From assembly GCA_963769425.1 (NCBI GenBank), contig CAVYLP010000003.1, forward strand, positions 29,852 to 93,851: DNA of 64,000 nucleotides, read 5' to 3'. The stretch comes from Candidatus Bathyarchaeota archaeon (GTDB lineage: Archaea; Thermoproteota; Bathyarchaeia; TCS64). The notes under the pieces were generated by a model. It did no database searches and was not told the origin of the DNA. It worked only from the letters and a program-made list of their open reading frames with translations. Positions 21,517 to 31,817 of this stretch are shown here, in pieces (the first letter of the stretch is position 1; each line of letters opens with the position of its first letter). A program made the translations under genes and the position numbers.

Positions 21517-21825
21517 GTGACATCGACGGATTAACTGGCTCTAATCCTATTAAATAGGTTTGGCGAATTAACACAATTTACCCAGAAAAGCCATGACAAC
21601 ATGGACTTGCAAATCCCTGACCAGAACCAAACACTCACTATGACCTTCACAACGCTAGGGGGCTATCACTTATTGTAGCGTTCACACAAGGCCCTTGTAG
21701 ATAGGATATAAGGGTCATGGCAAGGCGTAGAAATAAGCTAGAATTGACTTAGATTTAAGAAATTTCTCCTAACTATAAATACGATTCTTCCTTTTATAAA
21801 AACGGAGAACCGTGAGGTAGTAAAA

Positions 21826-22218
21826 ATGTCCGCTCCGATCCCTCCGTCAGCTATAGACTGGGGTAAGGTCTTCGAGATATTTCTCGTACTTGGAGCGATC
21901 GCCTTGACGGTGGTCATGGGATCAATGCTCTACATGCTTGTAAAATACAGATTTAGGGGAGGGGAGTGGACAGAGAGACCGATTGACCCATCTCACGAAA
22001 ACACTACCCGTTGGAGGGAAGCGATAATCTTCGCCTCAATATCATTCCTTGTACTCTTTGGATTAGCCATAGTCTCATACAGGGCAGTAGTATACATCCA
22101 GAATCCGCCGATCGCCACTAATTCCTACGAGATAAAGGTCACGGCGTTTCAATGGGACTTCAGGTTTACCTATCCTAACGGATACTCAACGGTTGGGGTA
22201 TGCAATGTCCCAGCTAAT
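21826..22218 (+). pseudogene. Haem-copper oxidase subunit II (CoxII-like) N-terminal fragment, truncated by IS insertion
   Basis: Two TM helices, KYR, HENT and YEIKVTAFQWDFRFTYPNG (the conserved QWxWxFxYP region of CoxII). The annotated ORF 21826..22302 reads on into the IS terminal repeat that begins at 22219. No CuA-site region follows. Confidence 0.6.
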
Positions 22219-23492
22219 GCGCGCTGCCTTGTCCCGAAATTAACGGCCAAACACCAATCCCTCGAGCAAGGAGACATAAAATCAACTCACAAAAACCACT
22301 AAGCCACATCAACCCCTCCGAAGCCCACAAAACACCCACAACAGACTACACCCCCAGAACCCCAAACCCACTACCCACTAGCCACCCCCACCAGAAACCC
22401 CTCAGACGAGACCCTCACACGTTGAAGAACGTAGGCGAAACAGCCTTCTCAGGCCGACCCAGACACTCAGCCGCCTCACGAACCAGCACGACACAGAGCA
22501 GGCTCAGCAACGCATACACCGAAACGCATCCCAGCCTCCTCACATTGTTCACGGTCAAACCGTACTGGGTCTTCAGCCAGCTGAACACCGACTCCACCAG
22601 CGGACGCTTATGGTACTCGGCCACGAGCCCAGGTGGACCGTGAGTCCTGAACCTACGATCAACCCTCAGAATCCCCTCACCTCTCTGGTTAGCAGTATAC
22701 GGAATCACCGAATCAGAGACGAGACCCCTCACCGCCGAGCTACTGTACTGGCTGTCCGCCACCAGGCTCCTCACCAACCCGCCGGCCCTAACCAGCACCG
22801 CCCTGGCCTTCTCAACCAAGCCTGGAGCGTGCTTCTTCTCGTTGTCGTTAGCGGGAGCCAGCAGAGTGGCTAAGGGAAGCATCGTTTTGTGGTCCACCGC
22901 GACGTGGAGTTTGTAGCCGAGGTCGTAGCCCCTGCCGTTCCTGCCCACTAGGGCGTCTGGGTCAGAGTACGCGACCCTGCTGTTATCCGGGTGCCTGATG
23001 CTCCGTGCCTTGATGAAGCTCGCATCCAGGAGCACATCGACCTCAGGGGCTCTGAATCTGAGGAGTTTGACCACCTTCTCCTCGAGGATGAGCTGGAGGA
23101 CGTCGGATCCGACCCGCTTCGTGAATCTGCTGATGACGGATCTGGGGTAGCCTCTCTGTTTCCCGTATATGAGGCAGAGCCGTCTGAGTCGCCGGTCGAC
23201 GTCGAGGATCCGGGTGAGCTCGCGGAGGCTTCGGATGCCTTTCAGCCTCATTATGAGGAGGGCTCTTAGGATTCCGAGTGGGTTTCTGGGTGGTCTGCCG
23301 GCTCCGGTTGTGTGGTAGCAGCCGATGAGTTGTTTTTGGGCAATGCTTAAGTCGACGTTTCTGAAGAGTGTTTCAAGGGTCTCGTGTTCGTCCTGTCCTA
23401 ACGGACTCGACCTCCTCTGGTTCCCGCCATGGGTGACGAGACCCTAACTTTCAAGATAAACTTGTCTCGAATTTAGGGACAAGGCAGCGCGC
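22219..23492 (-). mobile_element. IS4/IS5-family insertion sequence (about 1.27 kb) with 22-bp imperfect terminal inverted repeats
   Basis: Left end gcgcgctgccttgtcccgaaat (22219-22240). The reverse complement of the right end atttagggacaaggcagcgcgc (23471-23492) is gcgcgctgccttgtccctaaat, matching 20 of 22 positions. The DDE transposase ORF lies inside. A CA-rich 3' segment (22300-22400) resembles copy 2 at 46000-46100. Confidence 0.7.
22415..23251 (-). CDS. DDE transposase, IS4/IS5 family (278 aa from ATG; the frame stays open about 190 nt further upstream without a start codon)
   Basis: Segments DASFIKA, HVAVD, VADSQYSS and ESVFSWLK (DDE, with the E in the xxxFxWxK-like region). Confidence 0.7.
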   Translation of the reverse strand: MRLKGIRSLRELTRILDVDRRLRRLCLIYGKQRGYPRSVISRFTKRVGSDVLQLILEEKVVKLLRFRAPEVDVLLDASFIKARSIRHPDNSRVAYSDPDALVGRNGRGYDLGYKLHVAVDHKTMLPLATLLAPANDNEKKHAPGLVEKARAVLVRAGGLVRSLVADSQYSSSAVRGLVSDSVIPYTANQRGEGILRVDRRFRTHGPPGLVAEYHKRPLVESVFSWLKTQYGLTVNNVRRLGCVSVYALLSLLCVVLVREAAECLGRPEKAVSPTFFNV

Positions 23493-23997
23493 GATAAGAC
23501 TATGGCCCCAAACCCAAATTAGATCTTGATTTCTGCTAGATTTTTATTCTTTGAAAGAAAAAACTAAATATTTCTTAAAGTATGTGAAAGATGTGTATAG
23601 ATATGCGCGCGCAGTTAAATTTAATATTTATAAACTCTGGTGCAAAATCGATCTATTGCACCAATAAGTGGCGAAAAATAAATGACGAAAGAGACGTTCG
23701 AAATAGGTGAGACCGAAAAACACCTTATAATAGTTGACGCGAGCATATTTTGGAAACATATAACCATCGAAATAGATGGGAAAACAATGGTTAATGAGTA
23801 CAGTTATTCACCGATGCCGAAGAAATTCCAGTTCGACGTGGGAACTTCCGAAAAGCATCAGTGGAAATCAGCGCCGGGGGCTTCTCACCCATCAAAGTCG
23901 TTGTAGATGGCAAAGAGGCTCAAAAAACCTGAACATGCACCGCAGTAATTCGTTAGACATGATCAACATAGAAAGCTAGCGAGAAAACTCGGAAATC

Positions 23998-25260
23998 TTA
24001 CTGGGCCCGCGTCTCCATAACAGGCGGGACGCGATACTCGCCGTTCAGGATGGCCGGGCCGGGCTGGTAGACGCGCAGCCAGAGTATGAATTTGCCTGCA
24101 GGCGCGGGCAACCAGTTGGATTCATGGCCTGCCGGAGCGGCGTTCTGAATATAAATGTCGACGGAGCCGTCGGCGTTTGGCACGAGTCCCGACCGGTCGC
24201 TCACGCTGTACCGGTTGATTGGATTCGGCACAAAGCGATTGTGGTCATCACCCATAGTCAGCGACCAGAATGCATTGTTCGGCGGGAGTTGTCCTGCCGG
24301 GAAGTGCATGATGTAGTCGTGCTCTCCGGAGAGCGGATGACCCGCGCCATCTGCGTCCGTCGTCCAGTACATCGCCTCCTCCGGTACGTTTACCGGGCCA
24401 GGAAATATCTGGGCGCATGCGGCTCTGAACAGAAAGCCGATTGCCAGGCTCGCCGCATCCGAAAATGGTGGTCCAGCCGTTGACCTTCGTGACATAGATC
24501 CTCGCAATAATCGGGAGCGTGACAAACGCCAGCCCGAAGCCGAGGAGGATGCCTTGTATCACGTCATTACGCACAGTTCTTGAATTGGGATTTAAGATGA
24601 ACGAATTGATGATGAAAAAGACGAATACCACGCCGATGAGTACCGTCAGAATAGCGTATGTTCTGCTGCTCATATTGATCCCTCCTGGTTTAGCGGTGTG
24701 AGCCGTATCTGCTTTGCAAGATGATGGGCGGTCGGCAGGTCGCTGTCGCTCTCCACGAGCACTCGGCCGATGACGAGCACCGAGTTGTTCGGCGAGGATA
24801 TCTGTTTCATGCCGCTCGGCACCTGTCCTTTCCAGTTCGGCCCCGTGATGAGGTAGTCGCCGGCTTCGGTTCCCGTGGTACGTTTGCCGACGTAGGCGAA
24901 AACTGTGTTGTTCGACGGGTCGGTGAACTGCACGCTGTAGTAGCGGCCGTTCATGTCCGGGACGTGCAGGACTTGCGGCCCTTTTCTGAGGTCAAGCCAG
25001 CCGACCGTAGAGCGTGTCGCGGTTCACGCCGTAGTCACCAGGTTTGAGGCCGAGGCGGGCGGGTGGAGGGGGTCTGCAAAGAGTGTTTGGGGCTCCGTAT
25101 AGAGCGTATTGACCGGGATGGGGCCTTCGCCGAACCCTTTAACGAGGATCGCTCTCTTGTACACGTACAGAATTATGCGTGGCCAATTGTAGATGAAAAG
25201 GAACCATGTCACGACCATGATCGAACCGAAAATTAATAGATCTTCGAGTTCCCACATCAT
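23998..25260 (-). pseudogene. DUF1254/DUF1214-family protein gene broken into at least 4 ORF fragments
   Basis: Fragments 25024..25260, 24670..24954 (DUF1254-like: YSVQFTDPSNNTVFAYVG...LITGPNWKG), 24248..24673 and 23998..24525 (DUF1214-like: NNAFWSLTMGD...YRVPP) lie in different frames of one strand. Confidence 0.5.
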
Positions 25261-25813
25261 GGATTCATCTTACATGATTGTTTATACAGTTTGCCATGAT
25301 CTCATCTTTGATGAGGAGGTTGTATTGAAAAATGCCAACAAACTTTCAACGAAAATTATTGCGCGGTTGTGGGTAAATGTTGGTTGTCTTTATGAGTAAA
25401 ATCGCGTCTCGCGCACGCCCCGCTACCATTAGCTAACCCCTCAATCTCAGAGAGAGTACTCAAAGCGTTACGGAGTATCAGGATCCTTAACAAGAACTCT
25501 CAGTTGACATATGCCAAGCATCTCAGAAGGCTGGCTAAAGGAGTAAACCTTGATTCTTCCGAGAGGTTTGCACTAATCTTTCATCTGAGCAAACATGGGC
25601 TAAGACCCGATGAAATCAGTAAGATAAAACTCAGTTTTTAATGGGGATAGAGGTGAGCTTTCGGTTAGAACATCAAAGCTTGGTCTTGAATGGACGCTGA
25701 GATTGAAAAGAGAATCTAGCGATTTATTTAGAGATCAACTTGCCTTGATCCAGATGCATTTCTTCTTTGAATTAGTTATTGGGTTAGAGGTTTTTGCGAC
25801 AGCGTGGCACTGT

Positions 25814-27331
25814 TTAATTTCCGATTATTCCATCAATCGCTTCCTCGAGATCGCCCGCGGCCTTCTCTAGTTTTCTCCTCTTCTCCATGATGTATACTGA
25901 GTCTTCCTCGATCTTTCTCTGGCTGAGGCCAATCTCTTCTAGGACTCTCACTGGGGCAGGACCACCGATGAGTGTTCGTCGATACACCATCTTCCGTGGA
26001 TCCATAGCCTCCTGAATGATTTGGGTCGATAGCCCCAGATTCCTTCCATAGTCGGGATACATCGTTGCAGCTTCGTCAAGATTCTCCTCCGTGACCTGGC
26101 TGGGTTTCACTCCACGTTCGACACCTACCCTGACAAGTGTCGCGACTATCTGATGGGCGGTCCTCCACGATAATCCCTTCTCGCGCACAACGGCTGCGGC
26201 GAGGTCAGACGCCCCCGCCCAGTGGGCACCAGCTAACTCTTCAGCGCGGGAGGAATCTATCTTCAGGGTGCTTAAAATTCCAGGGATCATTCTCAGCCCA
26301 TTGTTGATGTCGGTCCAGGATCTGTGCATCCCATCGACGGAGTCTGCTCCCAGCATCCTTGACTTGACGTTGACTGTCAGGTCAGCTAAGAATCTGAGGG
26401 CCGTGGGATTTCTCTTCTGCGGCATTATGCTGCTTGTTCCGCAGTACCTGTCGGCTGGGTCGACAAGTCCGAACTCGTTCGAGCTAAAGATGAGCATGTC
26501 GTAGAACAGACCGCTGATAACGTGGCTCAGAGTGAGGAGGACGGCGAAGCTGTCCAGTGTGTACCACTCGTGTTTCTCGGCGTCGTAGCAGTTCCTGTAC
26601 AGCGCGTCGAAGCCTAGGAGGTCCATGGTGCGATGTCGGTCGAATCCAGGGATGTCGGTTCCCGTGCCAATCGCCGAGCCCGCGGGGCTGATCTGGGACA
26701 GATCGTAGGCGGCCTCAAGTTTTCTCTGCTCCCTTTCGAGCTGATTGAGGAAGGCCATCGCGTAGAACCCGAGCGTCATAGGCTGAGCATGCTGGAGGAT
26801 GTAGCTTGAGCCATAGACTGTCAGCCCTGGAGAGTACATCGGCCAGATGGTTTCCACGTGTTTCTCCGCAAAGTCAGCTAAGGCCATCCTAACGGTGGTG
26901 AGCAACTCCATGGCTTCGAGGATGTATTCGCGCTGTGTGATGTGTTGGCTCACCGTGGCGAGGTCTCCAGTACTTCTCCCGATGTGGATTCGACCTCCGA
27001 CCTCCCAGCCAAGCTTCTCAATCAGGTAGGATTCACCCGAGTGGTCAACTCCGCCAACTCTGACGCGTTCCGCCAAAACACCCTCCGCCTCCATCTCCCT
27101 GAAGGCTCTGAGGATCGCCGCTCCGTCGCCCTTCGGAATTATGCCCTGTTCGGTGAGCATAACGGTGTGGGCCTTGTCGAACATGTGGTAGGCGAGGTAG
27201 GGTGGGGTCTTCTCCCACCCCTTTTCCGCTCTCTGGAACTCAGGCGCCATCGGCTCTGTGAGGCGGCCGACTCCGGGCCTCATCGCGAACCATAGGTGAC
27301 CTCTGTACCTGTACTCCTCTTTCTTCTCCAA
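25814..27331 (-). CDS. argH: Argininosuccinate lyase
   Basis: Fumarate-lyase signature GTSSIMPQKRNP. Overall layout matches ArgH. Confidence 0.85.
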   Translation of the reverse strand: MEKKEEYRYRGHLWFAMRPGVGRLTEPMAPEFQRAEKGWEKTPPYLAYHMFDKAHTVMLTEQGIIPKGDGAAILRAFREMEAEGVLAERVRVGGVDHSGESYLIEKLGWEVGGRIHIGRSTGDLATVSQHITQREYILEAMELLTTVRMALADFAEKHVETIWPMYSPGLTVYGSSYILQHAQPMTLGFYAMAFLNQLEREQRKLEAAYDLSQISPAGSAIGTGTDIPGFDRHRTMDLLGFDALYRNCYDAEKHEWYTLDSFAVLLTLSHVISGLFYDMLIFSSNEFGLVDPADRYCGTSSIMPQKRNPTALRFLADLTVNVKSRMLGADSVDGMHRSWTDINNGLRMIPGILSTLKIDSSRAEELAGAHWAGASDLAAAVVREKGLSWRTAHQIVATLVRVGVERGVKPSQVTEENLDEAATMYPDYGRNLGLSTQIIQEAMDPRKMVYRRTLIGGPAPVRVLEEIGLSQRKIEEDSVYIMEKRRKLEKAAGDLEEAIDGIIGN

Positions 27332-27455
27332 GTTTATCGATGATAGAGCTACTGTGCGCCTACATAGTACCTATCATTGGCCGAGGAGATCGACAGTTGT
27401 GCATGGAGAGTTATGTAAGAAATGATGCGAGTGCGCAACTCATGTGACTAAAGAT

Positions 27456-29219
27456 TTAGTCCAGGTTCAGCTGGGCGAGCCAAGTTGCCTCACCCAGAGC
27501 GTCTGAAACCCGGTTAGCCTCACGGACAAGCTTCGTCTTCAAGGCTTTGAAGCTGCTAGTATCGGGGTTTAACTTCACAAGTTCGGAGAGCGGATGCAGC
27601 ACAGGTATTGGCTTGATGTATTCGGCGCCATAATGGTCCTGCCCGTATGGTCCGCTGAGGGTGTAGTTGATTGGGTTGATGACTCTGCAGATCTTCAACA
27701 TCGTAGCGTTTGTTGATTTTGCTCTCGTCTCATCATCCTCGTGAGAATTTTCGGAGGCCCTGTTTAGTTCCTCTGTTCTTAAGTCGAACGTGACTGCAGC
27801 CTCCTTGAAGCCCTTGGCTTTCTCACTTAGCCCTGAGAGGTCTAGTGCGTCGCCTGAGATCTTCTCGAGCTCATCGAGGGCTGTGAGTGTCCAGTCCGCA
27901 ACTGGGGTAAATCTGTATGGCAGTAATGGCAGAGTGCAGAGCCTCAGAATGACAAGGAGGTGAGCCTTGTTAGCCATGTAGAGGGTCTCAGGGTCGCATT
28001 TCTCGATGGTGTCGTATTCGCTGTGGTACCACCAACCACCAGGTTTCTGCTCCTCTCCGTTAGGTGTCACAGTCAAGACCCTTGTGGATGGCACCCCGAC
28101 CCCGAGGTAGGACTGGTCACCGGCTTTCCACGGTGTGTAGCCAGCGATTCTCCTGTAATCAGCTCCCTCGTATTCGGCTAGATCCTTGATCGTCTGGTCC
28201 ATGAAGTCGTGGCAAACGGGGTCCGAGTCGACGGTGTATACCGTTGTCCCAATCATGCACGGCGTATCGTCGTTTAGGTATGCGACACAGTGTTGCTTCA
28301 CTCTATCCCAGTTGTTGTCCAGGTAGTATGTTGATCCAGTCATGATGCCGGTCTCGTGCCCCTGGAAGAAGAGGAACTCCGCTCCTCTTCTCATCGGTTT
28401 AAGACTTGATAGAACCCTCGCGACTTCGAGAGTGCACGCGACCCCGACGGCGTTGCAGCTACCAGCCGCGGCCCAGGCATCCATGTGGCTGCCGAGTAGG
28501 ACATAGTCCTCCTCCTCCCCCTGAATAGATGCCGTGGGCTGTCTTGTTCTAGCCCAGCCCCTTTCATTGCGGCCACGCATAAAGACCCTCACGGGCCCGC
28601 TCTGAAGGAGCTGCTTGAGCTCGTTTCCATCCTCATAGTTGATGAGAAAGGCTGGGATTCTCCCGATCTCGTCGATGTTCTCCGGGGTAGGGTTACCCCA
28701 CACGGACTTGACTGTGCCCCTGTTTAAGACCCTGCGGGGGGCATGGTAACTGATGACGATCAGACCTGCAGCACCCTTCAACACGCCCGCTACGTAGTTC
28801 TTCCAGGGCCTAGCTGGTCCGAGTTCGAACTCTGCCAGAACAATCTTGTCCTTGACGTTCTTATCTTTGTAGTCTTCGAGGCCGCCTCCGGCGACGTAGA
28901 CTAATTCTCCCTCGACCCCTTCTGAACCGGTGGAAGCCATCTGTGCGAGAGGCATCGCATCTATGGACCTCTTTTTTGGCGCCGTGACTCGGAGTTCGGC
29001 TTCAGTAAGCTTGGGGAAGTCGAGCCAGCTCTGATACTCAACTGCTTTCGCCTGAACATGGTACCCTTTCAGGACGTTCAGTACGTATTCGACGGCTCTC
29101 TCGTTTTCCGGAGTTCCCGAAAGCTTCTGTCCTGATTCCGCGAACCATTTGGTGTGTTCCCAGCTCTTCTCCCTTGAGACTCGGTTAAGTGCCTCCTTTT
29201 CATAGTCCGTTAGAACCAT
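27456..29219 (-). CDS. M28-family metallopeptidase-like protein with a PA/TfR-like apical region (587 aa)
   Basis: LLGSHMDAW, DDTPCM and EFLFFQGHETG segments are compatible with an M28 dinuclear zinc site. No signal peptide was recognised. The call is tentative. Confidence 0.4.
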   Translation of the reverse strand: MVLTDYEKEALNRVSREKSWEHTKWFAESGQKLSGTPENERAVEYVLNVLKGYHVQAKAVEYQSWLDFPKLTEAELRVTAPKKRSIDAMPLAQMASTGSEGVEGELVYVAGGGLEDYKDKNVKDKIVLAEFELGPARPWKNYVAGVLKGAAGLIVISYHAPRRVLNRGTVKSVWGNPTPENIDEIGRIPAFLINYEDGNELKQLLQSGPVRVFMRGRNERGWARTRQPTASIQGEEEDYVLLGSHMDAWAAAGSCNAVGVACTLEVARVLSSLKPMRRGAEFLFFQGHETGIMTGSTYYLDNNWDRVKQHCVAYLNDDTPCMIGTTVYTVDSDPVCHDFMDQTIKDLAEYEGADYRRIAGYTPWKAGDQSYLGVGVPSTRVLTVTPNGEEQKPGGWWYHSEYDTIEKCDPETLYMANKAHLLVILRLCTLPLLPYRFTPVADWTLTALDELEKISGDALDLSGLSEKAKGFKEAAVTFDLRTEELNRASENSHEDDETRAKSTNATMLKICRVINPINYTLSGPYGQDHYGAEYIKPIPVLHPLSELVKLNPDTSSFKALKTKLVREANRVSDALGEATWLAQLNLD

Positions 29220-29529
29220 ATGTGGAGATTCGTAGTCTGCGGATATTTCAGTTGCGCGCGAATGACTCTCTTATTTTTAATAAAAGTGTCAAGTCAGACT
29301 CGCAAGTGAAAACGTTAGTATGGGGCTTCCCCCCGCTACTTTTAATAAATTTATGAATATTATCCAGTTCAACTACACATTCAGAACTCGAATATGCAGA
29401 AGAGGAGAAAAATCTCGCATCCTGTCGCGCACGCGTAAGGATTATGGGGTTGCGTATATTATGTGCTGGTCATCCTCGCACGCTTGCCGTCTCATACACT
29501 TTTTAAAATTCAATTCTCAATACAGAATC

Positions 29530-29844
29530 ATGAATGCCGAAGCATTTGACGATGAGGGATTTCTAATCAACGCCAATCTATGGACCAAAGAACTATCAAA
29601 GAGTATGGCTAAGACCCAATTCGACATAACCCTCACCGACCAACAGACAAAGATCATCCTTTACATCAGAGACTACTACAAAAAATGGGAGACACTACCA
29701 ATGCTTAAAACAATCAGAGACGAATTCGACCTAACCACATCAGAGATAGATGAACAATTCAAGAGAGGCAGCAGCACAGCGAGGGGAGTAATATGCAAAC
29801 TCGCCGGGTTACCAAAGATGCTATGCATAGCCTCAGGATGCTGA
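29530..29844 (+). CDS. TusE/DsrC-family sulfur-relay protein (about 105 aa from the internal Met; annotated ORF 29320..29844)
   Basis: C-terminal ...KLAGLPKMLCIASGC is close to the DsrC/TusE tail (…AGLPKPTGC…) with a penultimate-arm Cys. The internal LTDQQTKIILYIRDYYKKWETLP is DsrC-like. Confidence 0.55.
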   Translation: MNAEAFDDEGFLINANLWTKELSKSMAKTQFDITLTDQQTKIILYIRDYYKKWETLPMLKTIRDEFDLTTSEIDEQFKRGSSTARGVICKLAGLPKMLCIASGC

Positions 29845-29851
29845 GCGAACA

Positions 29852-30205
29852 ATGAGCGAAGAGCTATTGCTGGTATACGGCTGGGGACCGGAGGAGGATG
29901 GAAAACTCTCATCCCTCCTCTACATAGCAGAGACGGGGATATCGATGGGCATGAATACCTCGATCTTTCTCTTCACAGAAGCGGCGATCCTCGCCAAACA
30001 GGGTAACATCCAGAAGGTAAGCGTGGAAATGGACTCCAGGTTCAGACGAATCACAAACGACCCCAGGCTCAGGGTATATGTGTGCGAAGAGGCGGCAAGG
30101 AAGCGTGGGTTAACACGTGATAACATCGAGGAAAAAATCAGCCTTATTGGGTACGCCACCTTCCTTGACATAGCTACAAAAACTAAGACTGTGATAACAA
30201 TTTAG
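29852..30205 (+). CDS. DsrE/DsrF/TusD-like protein (117 aa)
   Basis: Conserved YVCEEAARKRGL Cys motif. Size matches. It starts 8 nt after the TusE-like gene. Confidence 0.55.
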   Translation: MSEELLLVYGWGPEEDGKLSSLLYIAETGISMGMNTSIFLFTEAAILAKQGNIQKVSVEMDSRFRRITNDPRLRVYVCEEAARKRGLTRDNIEEKISLIGYATFLDIATKTKTVITI

Positions 30206-30219
30206 GGGATAGATAAACG

Positions 30220-30612
30220 ATGATTGTGAAAAAGGTGAAGGAAGTCAAGGACTTCGACGTCAAGGAGGCGTATGGGCAGGATGCTGAGGGAGTATCGATC
30301 AGGTGGATCTCTGAGAAACGCACGGGCGGGGATGAGTATCTGCACAACTTCGCACTCAGATACTTCACCTTCAAGCCTAATGCCTACATGAATCCTCATA
30401 AGCATCCGTGGGAGCAGGAGATCGCCGTCACGAAGGGAAGGATTCAGGTTTTAGGAGCTGCCAATGTTCAGATTCTGAATGAGGGAGATGTAGGATATTT
30501 CCCGGCGAATGAGGTGCATGGTTTCAAGAATCTCTCTAATGGAGATAGCGAGTTCTATTGTGTGATTGGGTGTGTTGGGAAGGGTGAAAACTGTCTGGGC
30601 ATACAGGGCTAA
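30220..30612 (+). CDS. Cupin-domain protein (130 aa)
   Basis: PHKHPWEQEIAVTKG and EVHGFKN form the two cupin His/Glu motifs. Confidence 0.6.
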   Translation: MIVKKVKEVKDFDVKEAYGQDAEGVSIRWISEKRTGGDEYLHNFALRYFTFKPNAYMNPHKHPWEQEIAVTKGRIQVLGAANVQILNEGDVGYFPANEVHGFKNLSNGDSEFYCVIGCVGKGENCLGIQG

Positions 30613-30779
30613 AAAACATTATAGTTGGCTAATTAATTGAATCTCTTCATTCATTACCTACTTATTTGACTTGATTATGTTCTTGATGCCGAAGTATTGT
30701 AAATGAAAAAAAGATAGCGATTCTTAACCTAGCATCTTAACTAAAAGGATTTAATAGAGAAGGGTTAAAATCGGGCTCC

Positions 30780-31817
30780 GTGTTGAAGCCGTTGGTATCC
30801 ACCATGAAGGGGAAGGCGCTCGCACTCATCTCCGGGGGGCTCGACAGCACCCTCGCTGTGAAGATGGTGAAGGAGATGGGGCTCGAGGTCGAGGCTGTTC
30901 ACTTCACCACCCCATTCTGCCAGTGCGACAAGTGCAGCGTCGACACCACCGCGGAGCAGCTAGACCTCAAGGTCCACAACGTCTTCCTCGGGGAGGAGTT
31001 CCTCTCGATCGTCGTCGACCCGCCCCACGGCAGGGGCAGCCACATGAATGTCTGCATCGACTGCCGCATACTCATGCTCAGGAAGGCGAAGACCCTCGCC
31101 GAGCAGATAGGCGCGGGCTTCTTCGTCACCGGCGAGGTTCTCGGGCAGCGCCCCATGAGCCAGCATGGGTCGGCCATGCGCCTCATAGAGCGAGAGGCGG
31201 GCGTCGAGGACCTGGTACTCAGGCCACTCTCGGGCAAGCTCATGAAGGAGACGCGCATGGAGGACGAGGGAATCGTCGACCGCGACGACCTACTGGAGAT
31301 CAGTGGCAGGAGGAGGCTTCCGCAGTTCGAGCTCGCGGAGAAGCTGGGCGTCTACGACTACCCGTGCCCATCTGGCGGCTGCCTCCTAACCGACCCCGAG
31401 TTCGCCTCAAGGCTTCGGGACTACATCGACAACGAGGGCACGCCAACGATCGAGTCGATACTGCTCCTCAAGGTCGGCAGACACTTCAGGGCGAGGGAGA
31501 CACGCATCGTCGTCGGCAGGAACGAACTCGAGAACAATATTCTCGAGGGCTTCGCACAGAGAGGCGGAACGCGCCTCGAGGTCGAGGGGATAAACGGCCC
31601 CGTCACCCTTGTCATGGGATACGACGAATCCGCCATCAACGCCGCAGCCAAGCTCACCGCAAGATACTCGGATGCACCCAGAGACACACAAGTATGGGTA
31701 AAGGTCACGTCAAGCGCCTCCAAGAGCAGGCAACAAGTGGAGACCGTGGACGACTATACGCTTGAGTCTCTCAGGATCAAAGGCGCGAAGATCCGGTCCA
31801 AGAATACAGGCGTCTAA
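30780..31817 (+). CDS. PP-loop ATP pyrophosphatase of the ThiI/tRNA-sulfurtransferase type (no THUMP domain). Its likely start is M at 30807.
   Basis: LISGGLDSTLA (SGGxDS PP-loop). VCIDCRILMLRKAKTLAEQIGAGFFVTGEVLGQRPMSQ matches the ThiI catalytic-Cys / GExxGQxxSQ region. Confidence 0.6.
   Translation: MLKPLVSTMKGKALALISGGLDSTLAVKMVKEMGLEVEAVHFTTPFCQCDKCSVDTTAEQLDLKVHNVFLGEEFLSIVVDPPHGRGSHMNVCIDCRILMLRKAKTLAEQIGAGFFVTGEVLGQRPMSQHGSAMRLIEREAGVEDLVLRPLSGKLMKETRMEDEGIVDRDDLLEISGRRRLPQFELAEKLGVYDYPCPSGGCLLTDPEFASRLRDYIDNEGTPTIESILLLKVGRHFRARETRIVVGRNELENNILEGFAQRGGTRLEVEGINGPVTLVMGYDESAINAAAKLTARYSDAPRDTQVWVKVTSSASKSRQQVETVDDYTLESLRIKGAKIRSKNTGV

Noticed and set aside
22300-22400. CA-rich tract translating to a Pro/Thr-rich linker, as a continuation of CoxII
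   Set aside because: It lies inside the IS boundaries and is shared (ccgaagcccac...) with the second IS copy at about 46030, so it is IS-derived.
22405-23444. 11-bp direct repeats gacgagaccct (22405-22415 and 23434-23444) as target-site duplications of the IS
   Set aside because: Both copies lie inside the 22-bp terminal inverted repeats (22219-22240 and 23471-23492), so they are internal to the element.
20170-25800. tRNA-Met-anchored integrated element with an integrase remnant at 25396-25644
   Set aside because: The tRNA 3' end faces away from the decayed region, no attachment-site repeat of the tRNA 3' end was found, and the integrase-like similarity is very weak.
30923-31765. 280-aa Arg/Gly-rich ORF and several other long ORFs on alternative frames or strands (for example 52386..52601, 53253..53699, 53740..54273, 54015..54506, 47670..48119, 57969..58547, 51937..52392, 50648..51094)
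   Set aside because: They lie entirely inside strongly supported genes (PP-loop ATPase, aldehyde oxidoreductase, katG, deacetylase, cysteine desulfurase). Their low-complexity Arg/Pro/Gly composition is what high-GC shadow frames produce.
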